64,000 nucleotides of DNA, taken from positions 124,001 through 188,000 of IMG/VR virus record IMGVR_UViG_3300042308_001616; one strand, given 5' to 3'. Below, one piece after another: positions 17,582-28,400 of this stretch; position 1 is the first letter of the stretch; every line of letters begins with the position of its first letter. A program made the translations under genes and the position numbers. The notes under the pieces are model-generated. The model saw nothing but the letters and a program-made list of their open reading frames with translations, searched no databases and was not told where the DNA came from.

Positions 17582-20500
17582 ATGTCCAACCACAAAAACC
17601 TCATTTTCTTTAACAAAGAAGGTGATGCACTAAATTTCAACTACAACGAAACTAGCGATAGATTCGAGGGAGACATACTCTTCCACGAAAACTCAAGTGA
17701 TACGTATAAAACGTACGGAATATACACAATGGAAAAGATACCGTCTTTCGATTTCGAAATGACTGGTGAATTAACATTGGACAAATTTCAACTATTCAAC
17801 GAATGGGGACTGCACTTCTATGGTGGATCGACACAAAGTCAACCTATTGTAGGAATAGAACCGGTAAATAATGATCCAACATTCTACTCTAAATGGATTT
17901 ATGGAGTCAACTTCGAAGTTTTATTTCCAATTGGTTCAATCATAACTTTTAGTAAATCCATTTTTGAGTTTACAAATCAAAAAAGAACTTACAATGTTGT
18001 TGCTACCAAAAAAAATGCAATAATGATTATAAGTGAAATGGATAATGCAACATTTGAATCAAACTATAAATCAAATTACTCTTTCGCAGAAACATTTTAC
18101 TCAACAAACCCAACTAACGGAATAAACACATACATCTATAATATAAAAATTGTAAATGCGATAGGTGTTTATAATTATATAGATTCAAAATACCAAAATA
18201 ACTTATCTAACTGGAACGAACCAAACTTCTACGACAAATACTTCATAAATCAAAAATTGTGTGTAGTTAACACCGAAAATAACGACGGAACATACACCAT
18301 AAAAGAAACGGAGTTGACGGATCCTTTAGCATTTGAATACTACGTGACTTCTATACCAACGGGAGATGACCTTATAATAGAATATAAGAGCAAAACAGAC
18401 ACACCAATGGTTTTCGAGGGTAAAATACAAATATCATCAGACGGAAAACTAATACTCGATGAATTAGTTCCAGATGTCATAAAACCAGGTACTCAGATAA
18501 GAATCGCAGGTTCCAATCTAAACAATAATCCACTAATAGTCGCAAACGTACCGACATTCGAATCATTCTCGAACATAACTTACTTTGAAACTAACTCACA
18601 AGTTTTATATAATAATAGAATTTTTGAGTGTATAAAAGGATACACACATAGTTTCTCTACACTACCAACCAGAATAGTTACACCACTCTCAACCAATTAT
18701 TGGAGAAGAAGTCTAATATTAAAAGTAGAAGAAACAACTACAGCAGAAAACTTACTAAACGCACAGATTTATCTAACGACTGATACTCTTTACTTCACAC
18801 AACCATTTACTCAAAGTTCTGTGATGACATTGGCGATGGCCGCAGATAAATATTCAGAAGAAATGAAGTCACTGGGAGTAGACTTATACAGTGAAAGAGG
18901 TGTTCTAAGAGCAGACCTTATATATCCAAGTGAATATGCGATTGTAAACTTCTATCACAAAGATAAAACACAAAAGATTGGTTCAACACTAAGGACAAAC
19001 GAGAGACTTGTAGAGGTGTATGAGAATATTATTCCCGAACTAAATTACGACACAAATGAAAACCACCGATATAATATAGTTTTCACCGACTTAGATAGTT
19101 ATGGAATAAAGGTAGTGATAAACAAAGAAGTTTATGATGAAGAAGCATCGATAATATACACTGGTCCTAACATAGACATAGAGAGATCGATAGACAGGAC
19201 TTTAAGAAAATGGTTAGACAGGAATTACCTAAGGCTAAAACTATTAGGTGTTATTGCGGAATTAGAGTACATAGGTAATTTATCTTCTATATTCTTCAAT
19301 TCTATAATTCTAAAGAGTGAGTATCCTAACGTACCTATGTACATAAATCGTATAGAGGTAGGTAGTACAGCAGACTTCCACATAGAACACTCACGAGTTC
19401 TTTTCAATGGAACTCAATCAATAGGTCCGATGATTAACATAAATATAAACGGAAAGGACTATCAACAACAAACAATTTACGCAACATATTCAGCGACAGC
19501 GTCATACAAAGATCCAGACGTATCTGCAACTCTCGATAAATGGGTAGAGACACATGGTGCATTTCTGACGGATTTGGGATTAATACCAACAAACATAAAC
19601 AATCTTCTAAAGTTCGACATCAAAAAGACTGATATAGAATTCACATACACAATAGATTCTGGAAAATTACAATTACCCGGAAATAGTGAGATTGTTGTGA
19701 CCAAAAAACTAAAGGGTTCTTTCGGTTCCTTAGTCACATCAAATAGTGCAACACTCACAAAAGGACTAACCACATCATTTATGGATGCAGGATTTGCCAC
19801 AGGTATGGCGGTTTCGGTAAACAACACAATATATCCATTAATGAATAGGGAGTACAACCTAAACTATATTGATGATAATAAAATGTGTTTTAGTTACGAA
19901 GGTCCTTTTTGGGCACTAACCGATCCACTCTGTAATACATCGGCTTATGTTAGTGTTGCATTTAACTCAGGTTTTGGACAGACTGCTTGTGTACCGACAA
20001 CGGCATTAGGTGAAGGAAGTCCATTTGATTTGGATCAATTCAATAACTTATCATTCACAAAATACAAATTTGGTACCGCCTATAACACAGATTATATAGC
20101 ATTTTCATCAGTTCCTGGTTCTAATAATATGGTTGATATAAAATATATACAACTTTCTGAAATGATTTATGTCCTAGCGGACAACCTAATTGCCGTAGAT
20201 GCTTTTAATTTCGAATACGAGATATACATACCTCTAAACGGAAATAGTACCAGTATAAAAATGGAGTTCAACGAGTACAATAACTACATCTATTGTCTTT
20301 CAAAGAACGACATATACATTGTTGACCCACTACTAAATATACTAATGTCAACAATATCAATACCAACTTTAGATGCGGCAGACATTATTATCAATCCACT
20401 AAATGGTGATATCTACGTCAGTTTCACAAACTCACCAATCGTAAAAGTTTATGACTGGTCAAATACACCAAAAGCAACTATAACTATGCCATTTGTCTGT

Positions 20501-23377
20501 AACGCAACAGGTAAAATGGTTTTCAACTCATACGAAGAAGATATCTACGTGACAACAGATGGTGGTTCTGTAGTAAGGATAAATGGTAGTAACCTAAGTA
20601 TACAGGATAGTTATCCGGTTTCGGGTCTAACAACAAACGACATATTCTACGACCCTGTGAACGAGGCGGTATACGTATGGTCAAATTCAAATATGTTTAA
20701 GGTGGTCACAGGACAGGTAGTATCATTAACTACAATAACTGCGGGCTCTACAAACAAAACTATATTCAACAACCTTACAGGTGAGCTAAACGTATCAAAC
20801 ACAACAGGATTCAAATCGGTCGTACTGGACACAGACACATTATCTTTCAACGAATCGATTGGTGACTACGGACAAATAGTTCTAAATCAATATGATGGTA
20901 TGGTGTATATGGCATCATTGACAAATAATGCAGTAATTACAATCAATTCCGGTAATGGATGGGTGATACACTCTGAAGCAACAAATTCTCAGGCAACAAA
21001 GATAATATACAACCCTCTCAGGAAGTCTACCTGGTCTATGATACCGGGCTCTAAATCATTATTCGAAGTAAAACCAAGCATAAGTACATCAGTTTTACCA
21101 TCAACGACAAATAGTATAAAAATAACAGACGGACTATTCGGAACACTTTCTGACGAATATATTAAGAAGACAAATATATGGTTGAAGACTAGGGAATATT
21201 TAAGAAGACCGAGAGAGAATTTCAGTAATGATGTCAAAGTTAACTACTATTGGCAATGGATTGATGATCAAACACCGGAATTCTTCATATACGACTTCAC
21301 TGGATCACAATTAGAAAAAGGAACCAGTTATTCATATACCGGACCCGTTCCACTCGGAGATGTTCCTCTAAATACAAAACCAAATAGAGATTTAACGAAA
21401 ACCTCATCATCACAATATCAACAAACCGTATTCAACAAAGTTAGTTACGGATTAGAATATTTGGATAGTCTTACCGACACAAAACCAACATCATCAACAC
21501 TAGAGACGTTTATTGGGTTCAAATCAACGGACGAAGGACCAAAATCATCCACATTACAATTATACAAAGAGGAGTTGGTTGAGATTTTTATAACAAGCAC
21601 ATCTCAGAATCAGACAACTGTTTCTATGCACACCATAACAGAAAATGGTATAAAAACTGGTGTGATGAAAATAAATACAAACTCACAAGAAACTTTTACA
21701 GGAAAAGGATTGAAAACAGGCCAACATATAAGCCTAGATATTTTCGATATGAGTAACACAACTGCTCAGTTTACATCTTACAACCACGGAAAAAAGTTTA
21801 TAATACGTAATGTATATACGAAGACGTTGACACTCGATTTCTTAGAAGAGACAGATGAACTATTTGAGGAAAGTACCGTAGTAACTAACTATCCAATAGA
21901 AAACAACACAACATACCTAAGATTAAAAATAATCGTAATCGACAGAGAGATTGCCAGATTCACTTTATTTGCACAGACCGAGATAGAAGATATCAGATAT
22001 AAAATAAACCTCTCAAATGAAGGTAAAAATATAGGACCTAATGAAGTATTCATATTCAAAGACTATGATATATTAGAAGGTGGAATAGACTGGAAGTTCC
22101 TCAATATGAAGAGGAAAGAAATGTTACTAAACAAGCACCAAATATACACTTATATAGGTGCATACAAATCTATCATAAACGCAATAAACTATTTCGGTTT
22201 CAACGATTTGAAACTAAACGAATACTACAAAAACGTTATAAGTGGATCTAAAGAATATGGAAGACTTTTCAAAGTAGAAATACCCGACATATTCGATAAC
22301 TCAACACCAGGTTGGACAGAAAACGATTTCATAAAACACACTTTTCCGAATGAAAACTACGAGTCCACAAACTTACTGAACCTAACATATGATATAACGG
22401 ACAGAGAAGGTAGTAGTGTATTGAACTATAGTATAGAAGAGGTAACTATAAAACTTCAGGGTCTCAAAACGTGGTTATCTAAAAACATAGTACCACTAAC
22501 ACATAAAATACAAGACATAACAGGAAAGTCAAACTTTGCAACAGCAAATGAGATTGACCACCAAATGTACGACATCAAAACATTCAAAATACGTGAAGAG
22601 ATGACACCTATATCATTCAAACTAAATGAGGCGTATCTACTTCCAATAAACAGTGGCTCTACCGTATACAATTGTGTTATCGATTTCTACTCTATGTTAG
22701 ATGGTGCTGGTGAAGATAGACCATTATACAGAGGAAATGAGATAAGACCATATCCAGATAGTAACATAGTACTACCAGACTACTATACGATAAAAGTTAG
22801 AACTTATAGAACATATAAGGAATGGATGCCATTCGAAACATATTCGAAAGGTGATAGAGTCATATACTACGGAAAACTTTACGAGTCCTACATAAATGTA
22901 AATAAAATGAGAAATCCAAGGTCTAACGATGATGTACAATTATGGGAAAGTGGAAGAGAATATGTAGTTACCGATATTGTGAAATATAACGAAAGAACAT
23001 ATGCTAAACAAGAAGTTTCAACATCATTAACAACATCACCACTATTCAACAATGGTGATGGTAAAGATTGGTTGGACATAACAGACTGGTTTGAAATAGA
23101 CTATACTCCAGTACAGACAATAAGTGAATATAGAAATACAAACCCTGCATATCCAACAGGAGTTTCACACTCTACACCATGGCCACTTCTACCATTCAAT
23201 TTCACAATTGACTCAAACTTAGATCCTTTTGTGGTGATTGAAGTTAGTAGTGATAATGGGTATGGAAGTACTTACACAGATAGGAAAAGTTATGAAATAA
23301 GAGGTATAAAAGATTTAATGCAGAAACAAATACCGATAGAAAGAATAGGTCCATTTCAACCAATAAATCTTCTTTAA
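17582..23377 (+). CDS. Large virion protein, probable baseplate wedge with beta-propeller region
   Basis: 1931 aa; repeated 'FN.YNNYIY/INPLNGDIYV/YDPVNEAVYV' blades; 'IGAYKSIINAINYFG' wedge-type motif; late box upstream. Confidence 0.6.
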   Translation: MSNHKNLIFFNKEGDALNFNYNETSDRFEGDILFHENSSDTYKTYGIYTMEKIPSFDFEMTGELTLDKFQLFNEWGLHFYGGSTQSQPIVGIEPVNNDPTFYSKWIYGVNFEVLFPIGSIITFSKSIFEFTNQKRTYNVVATKKNAIMIISEMDNATFESNYKSNYSFAETFYSTNPTNGINTYIYNIKIVNAIGVYNYIDSKYQNNLSNWNEPNFYDKYFINQKLCVVNTENNDGTYTIKETELTDPLAFEYYVTSIPTGDDLIIEYKSKTDTPMVFEGKIQISSDGKLILDELVPDVIKPGTQIRIAGSNLNNNPLIVANVPTFESFSNITYFETNSQVLYNNRIFECIKGYTHSFSTLPTRIVTPLSTNYWRRSLILKVEETTTAENLLNAQIYLTTDTLYFTQPFTQSSVMTLAMAADKYSEEMKSLGVDLYSERGVLRADLIYPSEYAIVNFYHKDKTQKIGSTLRTNERLVEVYENIIPELNYDTNENHRYNIVFTDLDSYGIKVVINKEVYDEEASIIYTGPNIDIERSIDRTLRKWLDRNYLRLKLLGVIAELEYIGNLSSIFFNSIILKSEYPNVPMYINRIEVGSTADFHIEHSRVLFNGTQSIGPMINININGKDYQQQTIYATYSATASYKDPDVSATLDKWVETHGAFLTDLGLIPTNINNLLKFDIKKTDIEFTYTIDSGKLQLPGNSEIVVTKKLKGSFGSLVTSNSATLTKGLTTSFMDAGFATGMAVSVNNTIYPLMNREYNLNYIDDNKMCFSYEGPFWALTDPLCNTSAYVSVAFNSGFGQTACVPTTALGEGSPFDLDQFNNLSFTKYKFGTAYNTDYIAFSSVPGSNNMVDIKYIQLSEMIYVLADNLIAVDAFNFEYEIYIPLNGNSTSIKMEFNEYNNYIYCLSKNDIYIVDPLLNILMSTISIPTLDAADIIINPLNGDIYVSFTNSPIVKVYDWSNTPKATITMPFVCNATGKMVFNSYEEDIYVTTDGGSVVRINGSNLSIQDSYPVSGLTTNDIFYDPVNEAVYVWSNSNMFKVVTGQVVSLTTITAGSTNKTIFNNLTGELNVSNTTGFKSVVLDTDTLSFNESIGDYGQIVLNQYDGMVYMASLTNNAVITINSGNGWVIHSEATNSQATKIIYNPLRKSTWSMIPGSKSLFEVKPSISTSVLPSTTNSIKITDGLFGTLSDEYIKKTNIWLKTREYLRRPRENFSNDVKVNYYWQWIDDQTPEFFIYDFTGSQLEKGTSYSYTGPVPLGDVPLNTKPNRDLTKTSSSQYQQTVFNKVSYGLEYLDSLTDTKPTSSTLETFIGFKSTDEGPKSSTLQLYKEELVEIFITSTSQNQTTVSMHTITENGIKTGVMKINTNSQETFTGKGLKTGQHISLDIFDMSNTTAQFTSYNHGKKFIIRNVYTKTLTLDFLEETDELFEESTVVTNYPIENNTTYLRLKIIVIDREIARFTLFAQTEIEDIRYKINLSNEGKNIGPNEVFIFKDYDILEGGIDWKFLNMKRKEMLLNKHQIYTYIGAYKSIINAINYFGFNDLKLNEYYKNVISGSKEYGRLFKVEIPDIFDNSTPGWTENDFIKHTFPNENYESTNLLNLTYDITDREGSSVLNYSIEEVTIKLQGLKTWLSKNIVPLTHKIQDITGKSNFATANEIDHQMYDIKTFKIREEMTPISFKLNEAYLLPINSGSTVYNCVIDFYSMLDGAGEDRPLYRGNEIRPYPDSNIVLPDYYTIKVRTYRTYKEWMPFETYSKGDRVIYYGKLYESYINVNKMRNPRSNDDVQLWESGREYVVTDIVKYNERTYAKQEVSTSLTTSPLFNNGDGKDWLDITDWFEIDYTPVQTISEYRNTNPAYPTGVSHSTPWPLLPFNFTIDSNLDPFVVIEVSSDNGYGSTYTDRKSYEIRGIKDLMQKQIPIERIGPFQPINLL

Positions 23378-23382
23378 ATAAG

Positions 23383-23412
23383 AAATGCCACTTTTATAGT
23401 GGCATTTATTTT
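23383..23412. terminator. Bidirectional intrinsic terminator
   Basis: AAATGCCACT-tttat-AGTGGCATTT. Confidence 0.8.
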
Positions 23413-23413
23413 T

Positions 23414-23528
23414 CGGCGGTCGCCATTGTGTTTATGTGAGGCACACTGAGAAATGTTTATCGGATCCTGCCTTTCCATGTTCGACGACCCTAAGGTGGTC
23501 ACGCTCTCCATTACTGGACCACCAACCT
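23414..23528 (-). ncRNA. Putative structured RNA element (family not recognised)
   Basis: GC-richer non-coding stretch with stems GGTGG/CCACC, TCCA-GTAA-TGGA, GGTCGTC/GGCGACC, AGGCA/TGCCT. Confidence 0.35.
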
Positions 23529-23529
23529 A

Positions 23530-24177
23530 TTATGCTTCAGACTCTTCAACAACGTTTACAGACTTCTCATAAGTTACACCTTCTTCGAAAGAACTTATCC
23601 AGTTCTGAATATCGGAAGATAAATTTTTACCTAAAGTGTCGTAATAATTGAATAATTTACTGATATTTCCAATTCTTACAAGAATTTCACTGAAAAGGAA
23701 TGCATCTTTTGTGAGTCCTTTTACTTTGTGCTTAGAGATAAGGTGGTATACGTAAGTAATCTCTGTGGCATTAACTTCTACTAAATTAAGTTCAGTATCG
23801 TTTGTGAATTTTACCTCTCTAAGTGTACCCAAAAGCTCTACCAATTCAATTGCAAAGAATACAGTATTCACATCGTACTCAAGTTTACTAAGAAGAAGAT
23901 CTGTCAAAAATTTCCATTGTCCTCTGTTTAGGTGGAAGTTATATTTAGCATTCTTCATAGAATCTGCATAATCCTTCCAAAGTTCTTGTGCATTTTGGTA
24001 CAAAGAGTCTTTCTCCTCATCGGTCTTATTAGTACCATCCTGTTCCATAAACTTCTCAATATCTCTTACATTATTCTCAAGTATATTTTCTTGTTCATTG
24101 TTGATTAAGAGATACTCAACATCGTTAGATACGAATTTTATCTCTGGTTTTACTACATTAGTCTCAATAGTTGACAT
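23530..24177 (-). CDS. Hypothetical helical protein
   Basis: 215-aa ORF in minus-strand operon. Confidence 0.7.
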   Translation of the reverse strand: MSTIETNVVKPEIKFVSNDVEYLLINNEQENILENNVRDIEKFMEQDGTNKTDEEKDSLYQNAQELWKDYADSMKNAKYNFHLNRGQWKFLTDLLLSKLEYDVNTVFFAIELVELLGTLREVKFTNDTELNLVEVNATEITYVYHLISKHKVKGLTKDAFLFSEILVRIGNISKLFNYYDTLGKNLSSDIQNWISSFEEGVTYEKSVNVVEESEA

Positions 24178-24202
24178 ATTATATTTTTTTATTTTTTACA
24201 GC

Positions 24203-24454
24203 TTAGCTGTTGATTCTTTCACTTGATTTCGAGTGATTTGTTAAGTCCAATGACTTCAAAGTCTCTAATTTATCTTTCGCATTTGTATATTTTTCAATCC
24301 ACTTATCTTGCTCTTCCATAAGATCAGAATGTTCACCAATTGCAGCAAGATTTTGACCTGAAAGGTAAAGTGCAATATTTGCCTCTGCCTCTGCCATCTC
24401 TGCCTCATATCTCTTTTGAAGTGCAGATATATATTTAGTAGTTATAATACTCAT
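24203..24454 (-). CDS. Conserved small myophage hypothetical protein
   Basis: 'AL..RYEAE...A.ANI..YL...AAIGEHSD' pattern seen in T4-like phages. Confidence 0.7.
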   Translation of the reverse strand: MSIITTKYISALQKRYEAEMAEAEANIALYLSGQNLAAIGEHSDLMEEQDKWIEKYTNAKDKLETLKSLDLTNHSKSSERINS

Positions 24455-24456
24455 AA

Positions 24457-24903
24457 TTAGATAATAAATTGTTCGTCTTTTTCTACGTCTGCTTTCTGTT
24501 CAGCGTAAAGCTCTTCTACTTTGTTCGCACGTGCAACTTTTTCAACACCCCATTTAGAAACAATAGATGAGAAAGTATTTAGGTCAGTACTCACCAACTT
24601 AATTTTCCCACTCTCCATATTGATATTGATTTTATCAATCTCTTGTTCGAACAAAATAGTTATCGAGTCGTTATCAAAAACGTTCATAAGATCTTCGTTT
24701 ATAGATATCAAAAGCTCCTTACCAAGAGAGAACGCATATTGGTCAGGAATTTTGGATACCTTTATCATCTGTTTTTGTTTGGAGTTACCCTGGAACAAAA
24801 ACTTTATGTTTACTGGGAAAGACTTTTTGTTGAAGACATCCATAAAGTCTTGCTCGGTGCTAGGATCTAACTCGTAGTAAATTTCCTTTGCTTCTTTTGC
24901 CAT
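24457..24903 (-). CDS. Putative phage-metallopeptidase-like fold, HExxH degenerate
   Basis: 'LLISINE...ILFEQEIDKI...KLVSTDLNTFSSIVSKWG' pattern. Confidence 0.4.
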   Translation of the reverse strand: MAKEAKEIYYELDPSTEQDFMDVFNKKSFPVNIKFLFQGNSKQKQMIKVSKIPDQYAFSLGKELLISINEDLMNVFDNDSITILFEQEIDKININMESGKIKLVSTDLNTFSSIVSKWGVEKVARANKVEELYAEQKADVEKDEQFII

Positions 24904-24935
24904 ATATTTTGTTTTTTAGTTTATGATTATAAACT

Positions 24936-25391
24936 TCAAAAAAACAAAAGTTTGAATATGTATGCCAATAAAGGTAACAAAATTACAGAAGACACGGTTA
25001 TAGGAAGCCAATAACGCATTATCTTCTCTCGACGGGAATCACTTCGGAACATAGAATAACCAATCACTATAAGATATGAAAATTTATCAACCTTCTTTAT
25101 CTCATATACCTCATATAATTCAGTCAATCCTTTGGTATTTAGAAAACTACCAACCTCAGTCATATATTCTTTTATAAAAGCCTCCGATATACGATCAATA
25201 TCTGCTTTCCTGATAGAGTAGGCCTCACCCACAATCTCCTCCGGTATATTTATAACGGTGTATAAACGATTGGCATCATCGATGCGTAGATTGAATTTGG
25301 TGTTAAGTTCAGAACCAAAAGCAGAAATTACTTTTTTATAATCTCTGAATAAAGATAACTTTTTGAATATAGAAATATACTTATATGACAT
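24936..25391 (-). CDS. Hypothetical protein with C-terminal TM helix
   Basis: Hydrophobic C-term; follows tape-measure-like gene. Confidence 0.65.
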   Translation of the reverse strand: MSYKYISIFKKLSLFRDYKKVISAFGSELNTKFNLRIDDANRLYTVINIPEEIVGEAYSIRKADIDRISEAFIKEYMTEVGSFLNTKGLTELYEVYEIKKVDKFSYLIVIGYSMFRSDSRREKIMRYWLPITVSSVILLPLLAYIFKLLFF

Positions 25392-25420
25392 AGAATTTAT
25401 AGTTAAAAATTAATATTGGT

Positions 25421-28400
25421 TTATTCTGCATTCATTTTCTCATCTATGTATTCCTCAAGTGTACTGGTATTTCCTACAAGTTGATTCAATAGGTCTATCA
25501 TTTTATCCAATTGTTCCATATTAGTTCCATGCTTACCTTTCTTCTCAACGACCGTTGGTGTATCTTGTCTTTTACTAGCCTTTGGCTGTACGTTTGGAAG
25601 ACTAATCGAGCCAAGTACGTTAGCCATTATAGAAGAGGCATTAATAGAAGTTTCAACGTTAGAAAGTTTATTTATTCCTTTTGCGTTTAAAACTTTCGTA
25701 TTTAGACTATTGAAGGATTTAACCTTCTTATCATCTATACCTCTTACTGCAGAATTGAACTTTATGAGTGATGTAGCTAGCTTACCATACGCACTGGCAA
25801 GTTTTACCATACCAGATGCCAGATTCGATATAGGATCACCAAATATAGCATTCTTTGTGAGCTTTCCAAGTGAGTTTTCATCATTTAGTTTTGCAACTAA
25901 ACCAAGATAAGAACTTACGTTTCCTGAAAGTTTACTCATAAAATCTCTAGGTATCGAAGTTGTAAACACAGACCTATTCTTATGTAATATAGCAGCAAAC
26001 CTTGAAAACGACTTAGCAAAAGTCTCAGTGTAGTTTTCTTTCAACATATCCGCAAAACCTCCCTTTTCTATGTAGTTTGTTGCCCAAAGGAACTTAACTA
26101 TATTAGATTTCATAGGATTCATATAGTCTTCGACCATTTTAAATCGGAAGAATCTGGCATTTTTATAAAACACCCTAGCCATAGCAGACATCGATTGTGC
26201 TGTGTTTAGAACCGGATCTTCTGACATATTCTGAACAGCAGAATTTCTAAGAGTCTTTGAAAGAAATGAAAATGATACCATATTTCCCATAATCGGTAAC
26301 ATATAGTCTTCAGGTATACCTTTTGTAAAAAACTTACCATTCTTCCAAAATACTCTAGCGACCGCAGACATCGATCGTGCAGCCAATACCACCGGACTTG
26401 TATCTGGTGAAAGAGCCACAGGATCATAGAAACCACCAATCTCATCAACCAGATTCATATAACCCTTAATAACCGCAGAGATACCACCTATCCATTTTGA
26501 TTCCGGAAAATTAGTCCACTTAAGTTTAGACCACTCAAATATTTTACCCACACGCACTATCGTTCTTGCAACCATTTTGATTGCATAAATCATATTATTT
26601 ACAACTTCTTCACCACTAGTAAACCATCCACTATCCTTACTCATCATGTTAAATATAGGTGTGAATGCTTTCAATGCAGCACCTACACCCTGTCCCCACT
26701 TAGCAGAAGGATATTTACCTTCTTCGAATTTAGTATTGTTATCTGCAAATACTCCAGCCGCAGCTATAATACCATTACTAACCGTAATAATTGCAGCAGC
26801 AAACTCGTTTGGTCCAACACCACCACCTTTCTTAAAAAATCCAGGTGCGTTTTCAAGTAACATCATATAGACTGGTGCAAATGCACCTATGGCTCTACCT
26901 ACACCCTCTGCCCATTCTTTACCAGGACCTCCCACAAATGCAGCAGTATTCTTTTGAAAGAAACCGGCAGCATCAACTATACCCTGTGATATAGTAGTTA
27001 TGGCAACACCAAAATCTTCTGGTTTTATATTAGCACCAAAAATCGCATTTATAGCACCGGCCTTTAATATAAGAGAGTATACCTCACCAAATGCACCAAT
27101 TGCCAAAGAAACTCCTTCTGCCCATTCTTTAGTAGGACCTTTTTTGAAAACTCCACTACTCTTAGCAAAAATATAACCCGTACTTACTATCGATTTAGCA
27201 ACTTGCTTAACTGCCCACGTACCATCTTTTATTATAAATTTGGGAAGTAGACCCAATACCGAAACTCCAACTGACCAAGCAGTCATCAATAAACCAACAG
27301 TTGTCGCCCACGGAACACTCGGAAAATTCTTATAATTACCCCTAGAAACAATTCTATCAGTAGTCAATATAGATTTAGCAACACTTTTGAGAGCCCAAGT
27401 ACCATCTCTAACTATCATCTTTGGTAAAACACCAAGTGCTGCCATACCCACCGCATATCCCAACATAAGTGCCGAAACGGTAACAGACCAAGCTATACCC
27501 GGAAAATTCTTATACTTACCCCTAGATACTATTCTATCAGTAGTTAATATAGATTTTGCAACATTTTTGAGTGCCCATATACCATCTCTAACTATCATCT
27601 TTGGTAAAATACCAAGTGCTGCCATACCTGCAGCATATCCTAACATAAGTGCCGAAACAGTAACAGACCAAGCTATACCCGGAAATTTATCATATTTACC
27701 TTTTCTAACTTCTCGATCAGTTGTGACTATAGACTTAGCAACTTCTTTAAGTGCCCAAACACCATCTTTTATTACAAACTTAGGTAAAATACCAAGTGCT
27801 GCAATACCAATAGAATAACCAATCATAAGTGCAGATACACTCAAAGACCATGCTAAACTTGGAAACTTATCATATTTACCTTTTCTAACTTCTCTATCCG
27901 CAGTTACTATAGATTTGGCAACTTCCTTAATTGCCCACGCACCATCCCTAATTACTAACTTAGGCATTACACCCAATAAAATCATAGATGCACCAAACGC
28001 AACCATCAATCCACCAACAGAAAGAGCCCAAGCTATACCCGGATAATTAGTATATCTACCTTTAGCTACTATATGTGAAGAAGCTGCAATAGATCCTGCC
28101 ACAATAACAACCGCCACAGCACCTAACGCAATAGCCGCTAATCCGACTCCTGCAGTAAGTGCTATAGCCATACCCAATCCAAGAACTGCCAATCCAAAAG
28201 TTAATATAGCAGCACCAGTCCCTAACGACCAAGCTATACTTGGATATTTAGTATACTGACCCATACCAACAATATGAGAAGATACCATAATAGCAGTAGC
28301 AATTGCTATTATTGCAATTGTTCCTTTTACTATATCAGTTATTCCTATTTTGAATTTACTTATTATCACAAAAGGTATCATCATAACTGCTATTATAATA

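Noticed and set aside
23414-23528. tRNA, SRP RNA or hammerhead ribozyme identity; also + strand ORF 23436..23651
   Set aside because: No cloverleaf, no CUGANGA/GAAA core, only a partial CAGG..CCG SRP resemblance; the ORF overlaps a real gene antisense
27190-28070. Periodic repeats as possible CRISPR array
   Set aside because: 180-bp in-frame coding repeats with no unique spacers; no cas genes
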